Assembly (NCBI GenBank): GCA_005191425.1
Contig: SUPR01000061.1
Span: 1 to 22,224, forward strand
Length of the DNA: 22,224 bases
DNA from: Candidatus Helarchaeota ASGARD archaeon Hel_GB_B
Lineage (GTDB): Archaea; Asgardarchaeota; Lokiarchaeia; Helarchaeales; HEL-GB-B
Direction of reading: 5' to 3'
Every line of letters begins with the position of its first letter. The first letter of the stretch is position 1. Shown piece by piece: positions 1 through 9,567 of the stretch. Below the pieces are notes generated by a model that did no database searches, was not told the DNA's origin, and saw nothing but the letters and a program-made list of their open reading frames with translations. The position numbers and the translations under genes were made by a program.

Positions 1-330
1 TTATTAATAGGATATATTTCATTTCCTTTATTTTATTATATGATTGGTCTAATGTTTTCAATGTTTGGCATACAATTTGTTGAAAGTTTCTTTCCAAATA
101 TGATAGGAGGATGGCTCAGTCTAATTTCATTTATAATTGTGTTTATAGGATCTATAGTGGTACCAAAATCTGAAATAGTAGAACATGTAGAAAAAAAGGG
201 AACTCAAAAGGTCAAAGCCAAATCAAAAAAGATAAAACTTGAAGATGTAAAAATGGTAAAATGTATTTCTTGTGGTGCAATGATAAAAGAAACTGACCAA
301 TTTTGTCCAGAATGTGGAGCATTTCAATAA
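1..330 (+). CDS. Membrane protein with C-terminal Zn ribbon (5'-truncated by window edge)
   Basis: The frame of ORF 40..330 is open back to base 1 (LLIGYISFPLFYYMIG...), so the true start lies upstream. Hydrophobic helices are followed by a Lys-rich linker and CISC-x10-CPEC at the C-terminus. Confidence 0.8.
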   Translation, partial: LLIGYISFPLFYYMIGLMFSMFGIQFVESFFPNMIGGWLSLISFIIVFIGSIVVPKSEIVEHVEKKGTQKVKAKSKKIKLEDVKMVKCISCGAMIKETDQFCPECGAFQ

Positions 331-429
331 AAAAGTTTAAAAAACATGTAAAAAATCTAAATCAAAAATTTTAAAGTTATAAATTTTATTTTTTAATTTT
401 ATATAGAGAGAAATAGAAAAAAAGATTAA

Positions 430-1500
430 TCATTCTTTTAATAGGCGTAAAAATTCTTCGGGTTCTTCACCTTCTTCAATAAAAATTTCCTTTTGTACAC
501 CTGCGCGCTCTAATTCGAATTTTCTAGCTAATTGACCTGCTACGACTTTTTCTTTTACGTTCGCTTTTGAACCAATCCAAATAAATGTTGTATCAGAGTT
601 TCGGTCATCAAGAAGGAATACATCTTCAGAGTCTAGGCTTTCTGCTTTACACGGGACTTGTATATATATCATCTCATTTATTGAATCAAATTCTTCACTT
701 GAAATCCTGTATAGAACAGGTTTCCAGACTTCCTTCTCTACAGGTTTGAGTAATGATTCTGCCACGTCAGAATCTACAATTTTTAGACCTGAAACTAACT
801 TGAAAAACACAGGGTAGTTATGCTCGCTTCCTTGTTCAATAGTGGTAATTTCTGGTTTTCCTCTTCTTTCTTCGTCCAGTTTTTTTGATAAAACAGCTGC
901 TGCGAACTTTTCATCCGTTGAGGAATTAATGCCGATCCAAATAAATATTTGATCCCCATTATCGACAATATATGCATCGCCAGTAGTAAAAACAGGTTTA
1001 GGTATCTCTACCAATTCACCTTTTTCAATTCGATAAAATTTTGGTTTATCAAAAGCTTTAACTTCCTTAATTTCCCCGACAACCAAGTGTTTAGGGAATT
1101 CAGGAGGTTCGGTTCCCTCTTCTATATGGACAATTTTTGCACTATACATTTTTTCGGACGATTTTAATTTGGTAGATTCAGTTCCCGCCTTATATGATAA
1201 CATAGGACTTGACAAATTGCTACCCTTCCAGATCCATAACGTATTGTTATCTGGATCTGTAATAATGAAAATACCTCTAGAGTCTAAACTTTTAGTTGAA
1301 ACTACACCCTCTTTAGTTATTTGAAAAATCTTTAGCTCTTTTTTCTCTTTCTCAACTTCAGTATCTTGAATTCTAATAGATGTGGTTATTTCTTCTTCTC
1401 CTTTTTCACGTCTGGTATAATGACAGATAGGACACACAAGATAGTCATTTTCTTCATTCATCGGACTGCCACAACGGGGACATAATTTTTTTTGTTGCAT
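430..1500 (-). CDS. Gelsolin-family protein: N-terminal Zn ribbon plus three gelsolin-like domains
   Basis: CPRC-x12-CPIC at aa 7-26. Three repeats carry the gelsolin pattern (F/Y)xI...L(D/T)x(G/E)D(A/V)(F/Y)(I/L)(V/L)D...(I/F)WIG...EG.E at about aa 55-136, 152-236 and 259-356. SD-like AAGGTG at 1508-1513. Confidence 0.88.
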   Translation of the reverse strand: MQQKKLCPRCGSPMNEENDYLVCPICHYTRREKGEEEITTSIRIQDTEVEKEKKELKIFQITKEGVVSTKSLDSRGIFIITDPDNNTLWIWKGSNLSSPMLSYKAGTESTKLKSSEKMYSAKIVHIEEGTEPPEFPKHLVVGEIKEVKAFDKPKFYRIEKGELVEIPKPVFTTGDAYIVDNGDQIFIWIGINSSTDEKFAAAVLSKKLDEERRGKPEITTIEQGSEHNYPVFFKLVSGLKIVDSDVAESLLKPVEKEVWKPVLYRISSEEFDSINEMIYIQVPCKAESLDSEDVFLLDDRNSDTTFIWIGSKANVKEKVVAGQLARKFELERAGVQKEIFIEEGEEPEEFLRLLKE

Positions 1501-1590
1501 ATTTAAACACCTTCTATATAAAATTATGTCCTCTCTCTTCTATATAAATTATTTTGAAATAGTATAGAAAACTAAAATATAATAATTAAA

Positions 1591-2370
1591 TTAAATGAGT
1601 GCCATTAATTGAGTAATAGCTTCATGTAGTGAATTAATAAAAGTTTGAATTATTGATTTACATCTAACTTTATCTTTAAATTTTTTACAATCAATTGATG
1701 AAGCATAGAGTTCAATATCATGACCATATATTGATAAGAATTTTTTATCGTTAATAGGGTCAGGAGCAGTCCATTCACTATATTCCCGAATTTCTGATAA
1801 AATTTCAAATAAAAAGGAATTAAGAGTGTCACAATTATCAAATATTTGTTCTTTAATTTCATTAATCGTTTTTAATCCATGATTTTTAATCCAATTAATA
1901 TATTCAAAATTTTCTTCATCTTGTAAATTTTCCGTTGGTCCGATTGATTCTTGTGGGTGTTTTTTTATAGTTGTTTCTAATTTATCACTTTCTTGCTTTA
2001 TTTGAACGGACGATTTAACAATTGGAGGGAGTTCTACTTTTTCGACTTTTTCAGGTTTTTCAGAAACTGGTTGATGTTCATCAATTTCAGGTGTAGCAGT
2101 CAAGGGCTCATTAGAGTCCATTATTTTCGGTAAATTTTCAGTTTCTTCATTTTTGGAAACGATATCTTGGGAAATAGCAAATTTATTACCACATCGAAGA
2201 CAGTATTTATTATTAATATCATTTGGAGTTCCGCATTTTGGACATATTTTTTTTCTTGTTGATTTTTTAATATTTGGTTCTACTTTTTTATTGTTTCTTA
2301 AGTCATATCGACAATACCTACAAAAATTCCATCCTTTTTCAATAGTGCGACCGCAGTTTGGGCATTTCAT
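1591..2370 (-). CDS. Double Zn-ribbon protein with disordered linker and unknown C-terminal helical domain
   Basis: CPNC..CRYC and CPKC..CLRC, then a Pro/Glu/Lys-rich linker and a helical C-terminus. Start moved from TTG 2400 to ATG 2370 (MKCPNCG) because GGTGA lies at 2378-2382. Confidence 0.8.
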   Translation of the reverse strand: MKCPNCGRTIEKGWNFCRYCRYDLRNNKKVEPNIKKSTRKKICPKCGTPNDINNKYCLRCGNKFAISQDIVSKNEETENLPKIMDSNEPLTATPEIDEHQPVSEKPEKVEKVELPPIVKSSVQIKQESDKLETTIKKHPQESIGPTENLQDEENFEYINWIKNHGLKTINEIKEQIFDNCDTLNSFLFEILSEIREYSEWTAPDPINDKKFLSIYGHDIELYASSIDCKKFKDKVRCKSIIQTFINSLHEAITQLMALI

Positions 2371-2660
2371 CAATAATTCACCAAATAAGAATATCTTCAA
2401 TGATAATTTATTAATTTGGATCTAATAAATGTTAATGTATTCTTAATTTAAATTATGAATGAACTTTTAAAAATTAAATGTACTTGTTTTGAAAATATTT
2501 ATTTAAGTTTTTTAAATTTGGGAAAGAAAAACCCGAAAAAATAATAATTTATGATAGAAATTTGAAAAATCCCAATAAATATAAATTCAGAATTCTAATA
2601 ATTATCGAATGAATAATAGCTTAAAGATAATTTCAAAATCTAAAAAATAAGGCGTAAATA

Positions 2661-4253
2661 ATGTCAGATGAATTAAAAGAGAAGCTAAATAAAATAGAGT
2701 TGACAAAAGAAGTAAGGACGCTAGTTATTAAGGCATTAGGGGCTTATAAAAAAGGTGATTTAAATGAAGCTGCGGTATATTATGAAAAAGCTGCAGAAAT
2801 TTCAAATAAATTGGGGCATCCTGATTTAGCAGACCAATATAAAGGAAAAGCCGCATCATTACGGACAGGAGAAAAAACAATTGAAACAAAACTCAATGAA
2901 AAAGAAAAACATAGCATTGAAATGTTAAGTAAAGCCGAAGAATATATTAATAAAGGCGAATTTGGAAAAGCAGCTGTTGTATTTGAAAAAGCTGCAGAAA
3001 TGGCGCCTAAAGACCGGGCAACAGAATTTAGAAGAGAAGCAAATGAATTATTTAAAAAAGAAAAAGAGATGGAATCAATTAGGACTACAATAAGGATAAG
3101 AGAAGAATCAAAAAATAGATATTCTGAATTACTGGAAAAAATTAAGGATAGTATTAAAAAAGGGGACGTAGATAATGCTGTAAATTATATTGAAAAAGCA
3201 ATAGCCATAGCTAAAGAATTAGGAAAGAAAAATGACATAGAAAAATTGAGAGAACAAGCCTTAGAATTGAAAAAAAGCAAAATTGAAAAAATGGAAACAG
3301 AAAAAAAGGAGAAAAAAGGGTTCTCAGAAAGAGGAGAAATTGTTGAAGAATATACTAAAGTCTTAGAAGAATTAAAAAAAGCTTTAACTACAAATAATTA
3401 TAAATTAGCTTTTGAAATGTATATAAAAGCAGGAAATCTTGCTCTTCAGATGGGAGAACCAGATAGAGCTGAATTATATAGAAAAAAAGCGGAAGAATTA
3501 AGAGAAGAAGTGGCTAAACAAGAAGAAAAAGAAAAATTACTAAAAAGAAAAGAAGAATTGCTAAATAACATCGATAAATTGGATGAAAAAAGAAGTCCAG
3601 ATGAATTGATATTATATTACACCGAATTAATTGATACTTTATATGATCTAGGAGAAACAAATGAAGTCCAAACATATAAAAATAAAATTGAGAAATTAAA
3701 ACTAATAAAAGAACGCCAAGACCTAGAAAATCAAGCCAAAGAAGCACTAGATGAAAAGAATTTTGAAAGAGGATTAAAATTTTATAAAGAAGCAGCTAAA
3801 ATTTCCTTAAAGTTAGGAGATAATATCACATATTCGGATGAAATTAAAGATATTGAAACAAAAGTAGAAAAAGTTTCAATGCATAGAAGTCTAATTGATA
3901 ATAGATCAATTGCTATTGCCAATGCAAAAAAATTTATGGACGAAAATAACTATGACGCTGCAATTAAGGAGTTTAAAGAAGCTGCCAGAATTTCTGATGA
4001 ATTAGGCGAAATTGAAATTGCCCAGTCATATAGAGAAACTGCAGAAAGATTGAACAAAGATAGAGATATTATTAAAGAAAAAAATAAATTTATAAAAGAA
4101 GCAGAAGAAGCTATTAAAGAAAAAAATTATAAACTCGCTAGTGATTATTTTGAACAAGCTGCAAAGTTTTGTGAAAAATTAAGTGAATTAAAAGAGGCCG
4201 AAAAATTTAGAAAAAAGGCAAAAGTTATTTCAGAATTAGCAAAAATTGATTAA
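2661..4253 (+). CDS. All-helical repeat protein (about 8 three-helix TPR/MIT-like units)
   Basis: 530-aa ORF with a recurring unit such as KALGAYKKGDLNEAAVYYEKAAEISNKLGHPDLADQYKGKAASL, joined by charged coiled-coil segments. Confidence 0.85.
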   Translation: MSDELKEKLNKIELTKEVRTLVIKALGAYKKGDLNEAAVYYEKAAEISNKLGHPDLADQYKGKAASLRTGEKTIETKLNEKEKHSIEMLSKAEEYINKGEFGKAAVVFEKAAEMAPKDRATEFRREANELFKKEKEMESIRTTIRIREESKNRYSELLEKIKDSIKKGDVDNAVNYIEKAIAIAKELGKKNDIEKLREQALELKKSKIEKMETEKKEKKGFSERGEIVEEYTKVLEELKKALTTNNYKLAFEMYIKAGNLALQMGEPDRAELYRKKAEELREEVAKQEEKEKLLKRKEELLNNIDKLDEKRSPDELILYYTELIDTLYDLGETNEVQTYKNKIEKLKLIKERQDLENQAKEALDEKNFERGLKFYKEAAKISLKLGDNITYSDEIKDIETKVEKVSMHRSLIDNRSIAIANAKKFMDENNYDAAIKEFKEAARISDELGEIEIAQSYRETAERLNKDRDIIKEKNKFIKEAEEAIKEKNYKLASDYFEQAAKFCEKLSELKEAEKFRKKAKVISELAKID

Positions 4254-4263
4254 GATTATTTAT

Positions 4264-4737
4264 TTATTTTTTTATAAATTTATCATCAATATAAGCTGCA
4301 AGAATTTTACCAAAAAATAATCGATGACTACAAATATTACCAGATTCAACTGTATGTATCACTTTACATTCATAAGATATCATTGCTTCTTCAATATATG
4401 GGACAGAAATGTTTTTTGAAGGTGTAAGATTTACACCAGACTGTTTAATTTTATCAGAATCTCTACCAGATGAACTACCAGCCATAAGAACTATTGATTC
4501 AATATCAGGAGACGGAACATTTAAAGTAAATTCATGAACCTCATTTAATAATGAATATGTGTATCTTGATGGAGCAACCGCCACCGTGCAAATTGGAAAC
4601 CCCCATAATTCACCAATGCTTTTCCACGCTAATGCCATCATATTGATTTTACCACTATTACTTCTTGAAACTAACAAGCAATCCTTTTTTATGGTAATAT
4701 CAGCAAAATCATATGGGTCTATCTCTTTTTTTGTCAT
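4264..4737 (-). CDS. Flavin reductase-like (flavoredoxin-type, FMN-binding split barrel) protein
   Basis: Family motifs N.M.L.W, VAVAPSRYTY, EFTLNVP, GSSSGRDSDK, PYIEEA..SYEC, H.LFFGKI. Start set at ATG 4737 (MTKKE) behind GTGAGGT at 4740-4746. Confidence 0.88.
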   Translation of the reverse strand: MTKKEIDPYDFADITIKKDCLLVSRSNSGKINMMALAWKSIGELWGFPICTVAVAPSRYTYSLLNEVHEFTLNVPSPDIESIVLMAGSSSGRDSDKIKQSGVNLTPSKNISVPYIEEAMISYECKVIHTVESGNICSHRLFFGKILAAYIDDKFIKK

Positions 4738-5082
4738 ATACCTCACTTGAAAAAATAATGAATATTGCTACTTTATTTTATGTAAATATTTAAGTTTTTT
4801 TAAATTTAAGTTGGTTTATTTAAATGGTATTTAAAATATTTTTAGATATTTAATTGAATAACGTATTAATTATTTACTAAGGATTTTTAATTGATTTTAA
4901 AACCTTTAATAATTCTTCCGCTGAATTATTCTCTTTAATTCTTTTTTCATATTCATTTTTATATTTTTTTAAATTGCCCCTCTATCAAAATGTTATCCAC
5001 TAATATTTTTATTAATAAAATAGAATTGTCTTTCCTCAGTTCTTTTAAAATTTAATATCTCCTCCATAAAATATTTTCTGGT

Positions 5083-5118
5083 CTCCTTGCTATCATCAAG
5101 GAGTAATTTCCACTCCTT
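5083..5118. repeat. Overlapping pair of short inverted repeats (CTCCTT / AAGGAG / CTCCTT, 15-nt period)
   Basis: CTCCTTG-n7-CAAGGAG (5083-5103) and AAGGAGT-n7-ACTCCTT (5098-5118) share the central arm. Confidence 0.6.
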
Positions 5119-5180
5119 ATTTTTTCCTTAACTTAATAGATTTATTAAAATTGATTTAATAAATAACTAATATGTTAAAT

Positions 5181-5996
5181 TTAAAGTTTATTTAATAATT
5201 TTTTAGCAATACGACGGGCTGATTGTGCTTTAACATTGGATGGGTCCAATTCAATAATCATTTCAAAACATTCCAATGCTTGTTTAGGGTCATTTAATTT
5301 GAAATATATCATTCCTTTTTCGTATAATGTATCTGGATTAATTTCAATTGAAAGCGCAATATCAAAACATTCTAATGCATCGTGATTTTCATCTATTTTG
5401 TTTAAAAGAGATCCTTTCGAACTCCAAATTTGGGGGTTATTAGGTGCCAAATCCAATGCTTTATCATAACAAAGTATTGCGCTTTCAAATTGTCTCATTT
5501 TTTCAAGCACTAAACTTGTACTAAACCAAAATTCAGGATTTGAATCAATAATTAAGGCATTTTTATAGCAAATCAATGCGTCTTTAAATCTTTTTTGATC
5601 TTTTAATACATTTCCTTTATTAAACCAAGAATTTGCATCTTGGGGGTCTGTTAGAAGCGCTTTATCAAAACAATCAAGTGCTTTTTCCAAATCATTTAAT
5701 TTATGGAAGATAACACCTTTATTTACGAGTGCTTTCGAATTAAATGGATTTATTTGAAGTGATTTATCATAGCAATGTAAAGCTTGATTTAATTTATTTA
5801 ATCGCGAATATAGTACACCTTTATTAAACCAGATATCAGATACTAATTCATTATTGATATTATCATTAATATTATTATTTTTTTCATTAACAATTTGGTC
5901 AATAATATCGTCAAAATAAGCTATGGTATCTTCAATTTTTTCGTTGATGTCTGTATCTAATGCATCATTATAAGATTTATCTAGAAATTTCTTCAT
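5181..5996 (-). CDS. Tetratricopeptide repeat protein
   Basis: About six canonical 34-aa TPRs (W.NKG..L..L....EA..CYDKAL..DP), preceded by an acidic, Asn-rich N-terminus. Confidence 0.92.
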   Translation of the reverse strand: MKKFLDKSYNDALDTDINEKIEDTIAYFDDIIDQIVNEKNNNINDNINNELVSDIWFNKGVLYSRLNKLNQALHCYDKSLQINPFNSKALVNKGVIFHKLNDLEKALDCFDKALLTDPQDANSWFNKGNVLKDQKRFKDALICYKNALIIDSNPEFWFSTSLVLEKMRQFESAILCYDKALDLAPNNPQIWSSKGSLLNKIDENHDALECFDIALSIEINPDTLYEKGMIYFKLNDPKQALECFEMIIELDPSNVKAQSARRIAKKLLNKL

Positions 5997-6267
5997 TCAT
6001 ACACCAATTTATTGGATTATTATAATCTATAAAAGGAAATGAGATATAAAAATATTATTTGGAACAAATTTTGTAAATAATTAATACTAAATTATGTATT
6101 AATGTGGAAAACATTGGTCGTAGATTGATAGTAAAAATTATTTAATATTATTGGGTGACATAGGTAGAAATTTAGCCTAGATGCCCAAACATAAAAATCG
6201 ATTAAAATAGTTAATTTTTAAATTGAAATTGAAATATAAAATAAAAAAATAAAACAAAATGGAGTTA

Positions 6268-7986
6268 TTAATCCAAGCTATTGTTTTTATGGTGAAATGG
6301 AGAGTTTTTAGATAACCATTCTGGTGCCAGAGTCAAAAATTTTAATGGACCAAGAAATTTTTTAAATAAATCCCAGTCCTGATCATCGAGGGCAGATAAA
6401 AAGCATATTAGAAATATGAAAATACCAGTATTAATACCAATTCCTACTAAAAATCCAGTAGGAATACCGTTCAAAAATGTATTATAGGGATAAACAAAAT
6501 TCTCGATGAAATATGAAATGATATTTGCAACAGCTACGCTAACTGATCCTTTTAATAAAATGAATAGATAATATTTTGAGGGTTTTGTAGTATATTTAGG
6601 GAGCGACTTAAATAGAAAAGGTAGAACAAATATGGTAGGGATAAGAAGACCTAACGGCCCCGCAAATAATGCCATATATTTATTAGTATAGAGACTAAAT
6701 AATATGATTAAACCTGGAGTTAATACAAAAACACTAATAATAATAATTAATATATAAATAAAAGCGACCTTAGCACGCCCCAAACCTACCATCATAGATG
6801 CGATAATGAATACAATCCCAATCATTGTAGCTGAAATTGCTAATAAAATAAAAGGCACATATCCAGGTAAATATTGAGCAGTATGAAATAACTCTAAAAT
6901 TGGATGAGCAAGTCCAATATAAAATACAAGAAACATAATGCTAATATTAAATCCTGTTTTAAAACATTGCCCCACAAGTTTGTCTATTAAATCCTGGTTA
7001 TTCCGCGCCTTGGCTTCAGAGACTGCCGGGATCTGGGGCCAACCATACATATTTATAGCACCCATAACCCCAGAATATCCCAGTAAAATTCCAGCAATAC
7101 CGACTATCGGGTCATTCGGACCAAAAAACATTTGATAATACATAATTTGTATCCAGAAAATCGATTGATTTAAAATTACCTGTGGGACAGTACAATAAAA
7201 ACCATATTTACTAATTTTAACTGGAAATTTCCAAGATGATGGTAATTTATAAATGGAAAAAACATTATACGGAAAAATCCTTCTTGCAAATATTAAAGCG
7301 AAAATTATTTGAATGAGGGGGGCCGCAAAAACTTGGGCTAGAAATGTAATCTGATTATAAGGAGGAGGTACATAAAAAATAGATAGAGTTAAAGTAACTC
7401 CACCAATTATTCCTGTAAAATTAATGATAGCAATCGTCTTAAATTTCTGAAACCCACCTATATTCCCTATCAAATTATCTCTAAAAAAAGAAAAAAATAT
7501 AGCAAGCCCAGCAAATAAAAATATGATACCATAAATATATGTTAAAAATTTAAAAGATAAAAATGAAATGACCATAAAAATCGATAAAATTGAAATTCCA
7601 AATATATTCGTCGATAAAGAACTAGCCCGAGCATATTCTAAAGCCGTCTCTTTAGATTCAACATAAGATTCGGCAATATATTTCGAAATAGATTGGTTTA
7701 TCCCTCCTGATAAAGATGATATAATTATAATCATTGAATTTGCAGTACTTAATAATGCATATCCAGATGCACCAATACCTATATCAGGCCTTGATACGAA
7801 AACAGTAGCAATCCACCCAAATAACCCCGCAATAAGCCCTGCAATCATAACAGACGTTCCACCAGAGATCATATTTGCGACTGCATTATCTTCAAATTCG
7901 TTCTCTTCCTTGCTTTTTAACTTATATACACCTTCAGACTTATTCTTTTTTGTTTCATTAGACTTTTTATTTTCATTTGAAACCAT
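6268..7986 (-). CDS. MOP/MATE-superfamily oligosaccharide flippase-like membrane protein
   Basis: 572 aa with roughly 14 hydrophobic segments. Patterns typical of polysaccharide-biosynthesis flippases: 'SGGINQSISKYIAE', 'PQIPAVSEA', 'YLPGYVPFILLA'. Confidence 0.75.
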   Translation of the reverse strand: MVSNENKKSNETKKNKSEGVYKLKSKEENEFEDNAVANMISGGTSVMIAGLIAGLFGWIATVFVSRPDIGIGASGYALLSTANSMIIIISSLSGGINQSISKYIAESYVESKETALEYARASSLSTNIFGISILSIFMVISFLSFKFLTYIYGIIFLFAGLAIFFSFFRDNLIGNIGGFQKFKTIAIINFTGIIGGVTLTLSIFYVPPPYNQITFLAQVFAAPLIQIIFALIFARRIFPYNVFSIYKLPSSWKFPVKISKYGFYCTVPQVILNQSIFWIQIMYYQMFFGPNDPIVGIAGILLGYSGVMGAINMYGWPQIPAVSEAKARNNQDLIDKLVGQCFKTGFNISIMFLVFYIGLAHPILELFHTAQYLPGYVPFILLAISATMIGIVFIIASMMVGLGRAKVAFIYILIIIISVFVLTPGLIILFSLYTNKYMALFAGPLGLLIPTIFVLPFLFKSLPKYTTKPSKYYLFILLKGSVSVAVANIISYFIENFVYPYNTFLNGIPTGFLVGIGINTGIFIFLICFLSALDDQDWDLFKKFLGPLKFLTLAPEWLSKNSPFHHKNNSLD

Positions 7987-8266
7987 AAATTTAGATTTGT
8001 CAATTTATCATAAAAAGATATTGAAATTTTCAATTTTAGAAAATTATTGATTATTATTATTAGATTGAGTTTAAATTACATTTTAATATCTATAAATTAA
8101 TATTAAAATCGATACTGAATTTAATTTTAAATTAATAACAATTTTAAATAATAATAATCACACGTATATTTATTAAAAATTTATGAATTTCATACTAAGA
8201 TTTATATAATAAATTTAATGTCTTTAATTACTTAATTAGAAACAGATAATTTAATGGTGTATTAAA

Positions 8267-9127
8267 TTGAAACTTTTAATTCTTTATTTTAGTGGGACAG
8301 GAAATACAGAATATGTTTCATCATATATTGAAGATTCACTAAAAAAGTTAGGACTTTCTATAGAGGTTATTAGAGTATGTATAGAAGTATTTCCGCCTGA
8401 AAAAGTTTGGGATTTTGATTTAATATGTTTTGGGTTTCCGATATTTGACCTTGACAGTCCGGAAGTTGTTAAAAAGTATTTAGAGAGAATACCAAGTAAA
8501 CCGGGAGAATTATTACCGATTGGATTGTTTATGTTTGTAACAATGGGGTATTCAGCAGGTAATGCGATCAGGAGGAATTTTAAGAGATTGGAGAAAAAAG
8601 GTTTTGTTTTTTTAGGGTCTGTTGCGGTGAAAATGCCAGGTTCTGATGGACTTATAATGCTAAATGAGGACTCTAAATATGTTAAAGAAGCCCTTGAACG
8701 GAATTATGACGAAATACCCGAAGTAGATAATTTTATTGACAGGATAAAAGAAATAATAATAAAAATTAAAAGTAAGCGAGATATTGCACAATTTAAGTCA
8801 AAGTTACCGCTTTCTGTGGGCAGTTTATTGATATCGCCTTTTTTTAAACTAGTTTACATTATATTGATAGGATATTTAAAGAAAAGATTTAGAGTTGATG
8901 AGAATTGTATAAGATGTGAGTTATGCGTCAAAATTTGTCCAAACCATAATATTTCTCTGATTGAAGATGAAATTATTTTTGATAAAAAATGTTCACTATG
9001 TTTACGTTGTATTCATCAATGTCCGCAACATGCAATTCAAATTGGGAAATATACCGTTAATAAATTCCGTTGGCATGGGCCAAAAGGGAATTTTAAGCCT
9101 TTAAAAATGTTAAAAGAAGTTTATTAA
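8267..9127 (+). CDS. Flavodoxin-ferredoxin fusion (EFR1-family-like)
   Basis: N-terminal flavodoxin motif YFSGTGNT and GFPIF. C-terminal 2x[4Fe-4S] motifs CIRCELCVKICP and CSLCLRCIHQCP. TTG start with GGTG upstream. Confidence 0.9.
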   Translation: MKLLILYFSGTGNTEYVSSYIEDSLKKLGLSIEVIRVCIEVFPPEKVWDFDLICFGFPIFDLDSPEVVKKYLERIPSKPGELLPIGLFMFVTMGYSAGNAIRRNFKRLEKKGFVFLGSVAVKMPGSDGLIMLNEDSKYVKEALERNYDEIPEVDNFIDRIKEIIIKIKSKRDIAQFKSKLPLSVGSLLISPFFKLVYIILIGYLKKRFRVDENCIRCELCVKICPNHNISLIEDEIIFDKKCSLCLRCIHQCPQHAIQIGKYTVNKFRWHGPKGNFKPLKMLKEVY

Positions 9128-9567
9128 GGAGAATTTCCAGTTATTCAATTAAATTTATTGAAAATAATTGATTTTAATTTAAAGAAAAGATTTATCCTCA
9201 TTTTTTAACATAATAGAGGAAAATTTTAAAAATTTGATTAAATTAGAAAAATAAATCTAATCTAATGGTTAAAGAATTGAATGGCTGTAAATTAGACTTT
9301 AAAAATTTCATTATATAAGATATTATAGGAATTAACATTATTTAAAAAAAAAATCTTGATGATTTTTAAATTAGCATTTGTAATAATAAATAATTTTAGA
9401 AAAAGTATTGAAAAGTTAAGGAGATTTGAATTTAAACTTGATATATTTAATATCTAAAATGGGAAAAAATATTTAAACTATGTTATTTTCTGTTTTTTAT
9501 AGTATCTTTTTAAAAAAAATTACATTTCAAAAAAAAATAAAGAATATATCAAAGAAGATGGAAAGTT

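Noticed and set aside
795-2425. Short ORFs 795..977, 949..1167, 1650..1862 and 2153..2425
   Set aside because: They lie within, or antisense to, the gelsolin and double Zn-ribbon genes and show no motifs or RBS.
3514-7135. ORFs 3514..3747, 4559..4750 and 6938..7135
   Set aside because: Antisense shadows of well-supported genes. The hydrophobicity of 3514..3747 simply mirrors A-rich Lys/Glu codons.
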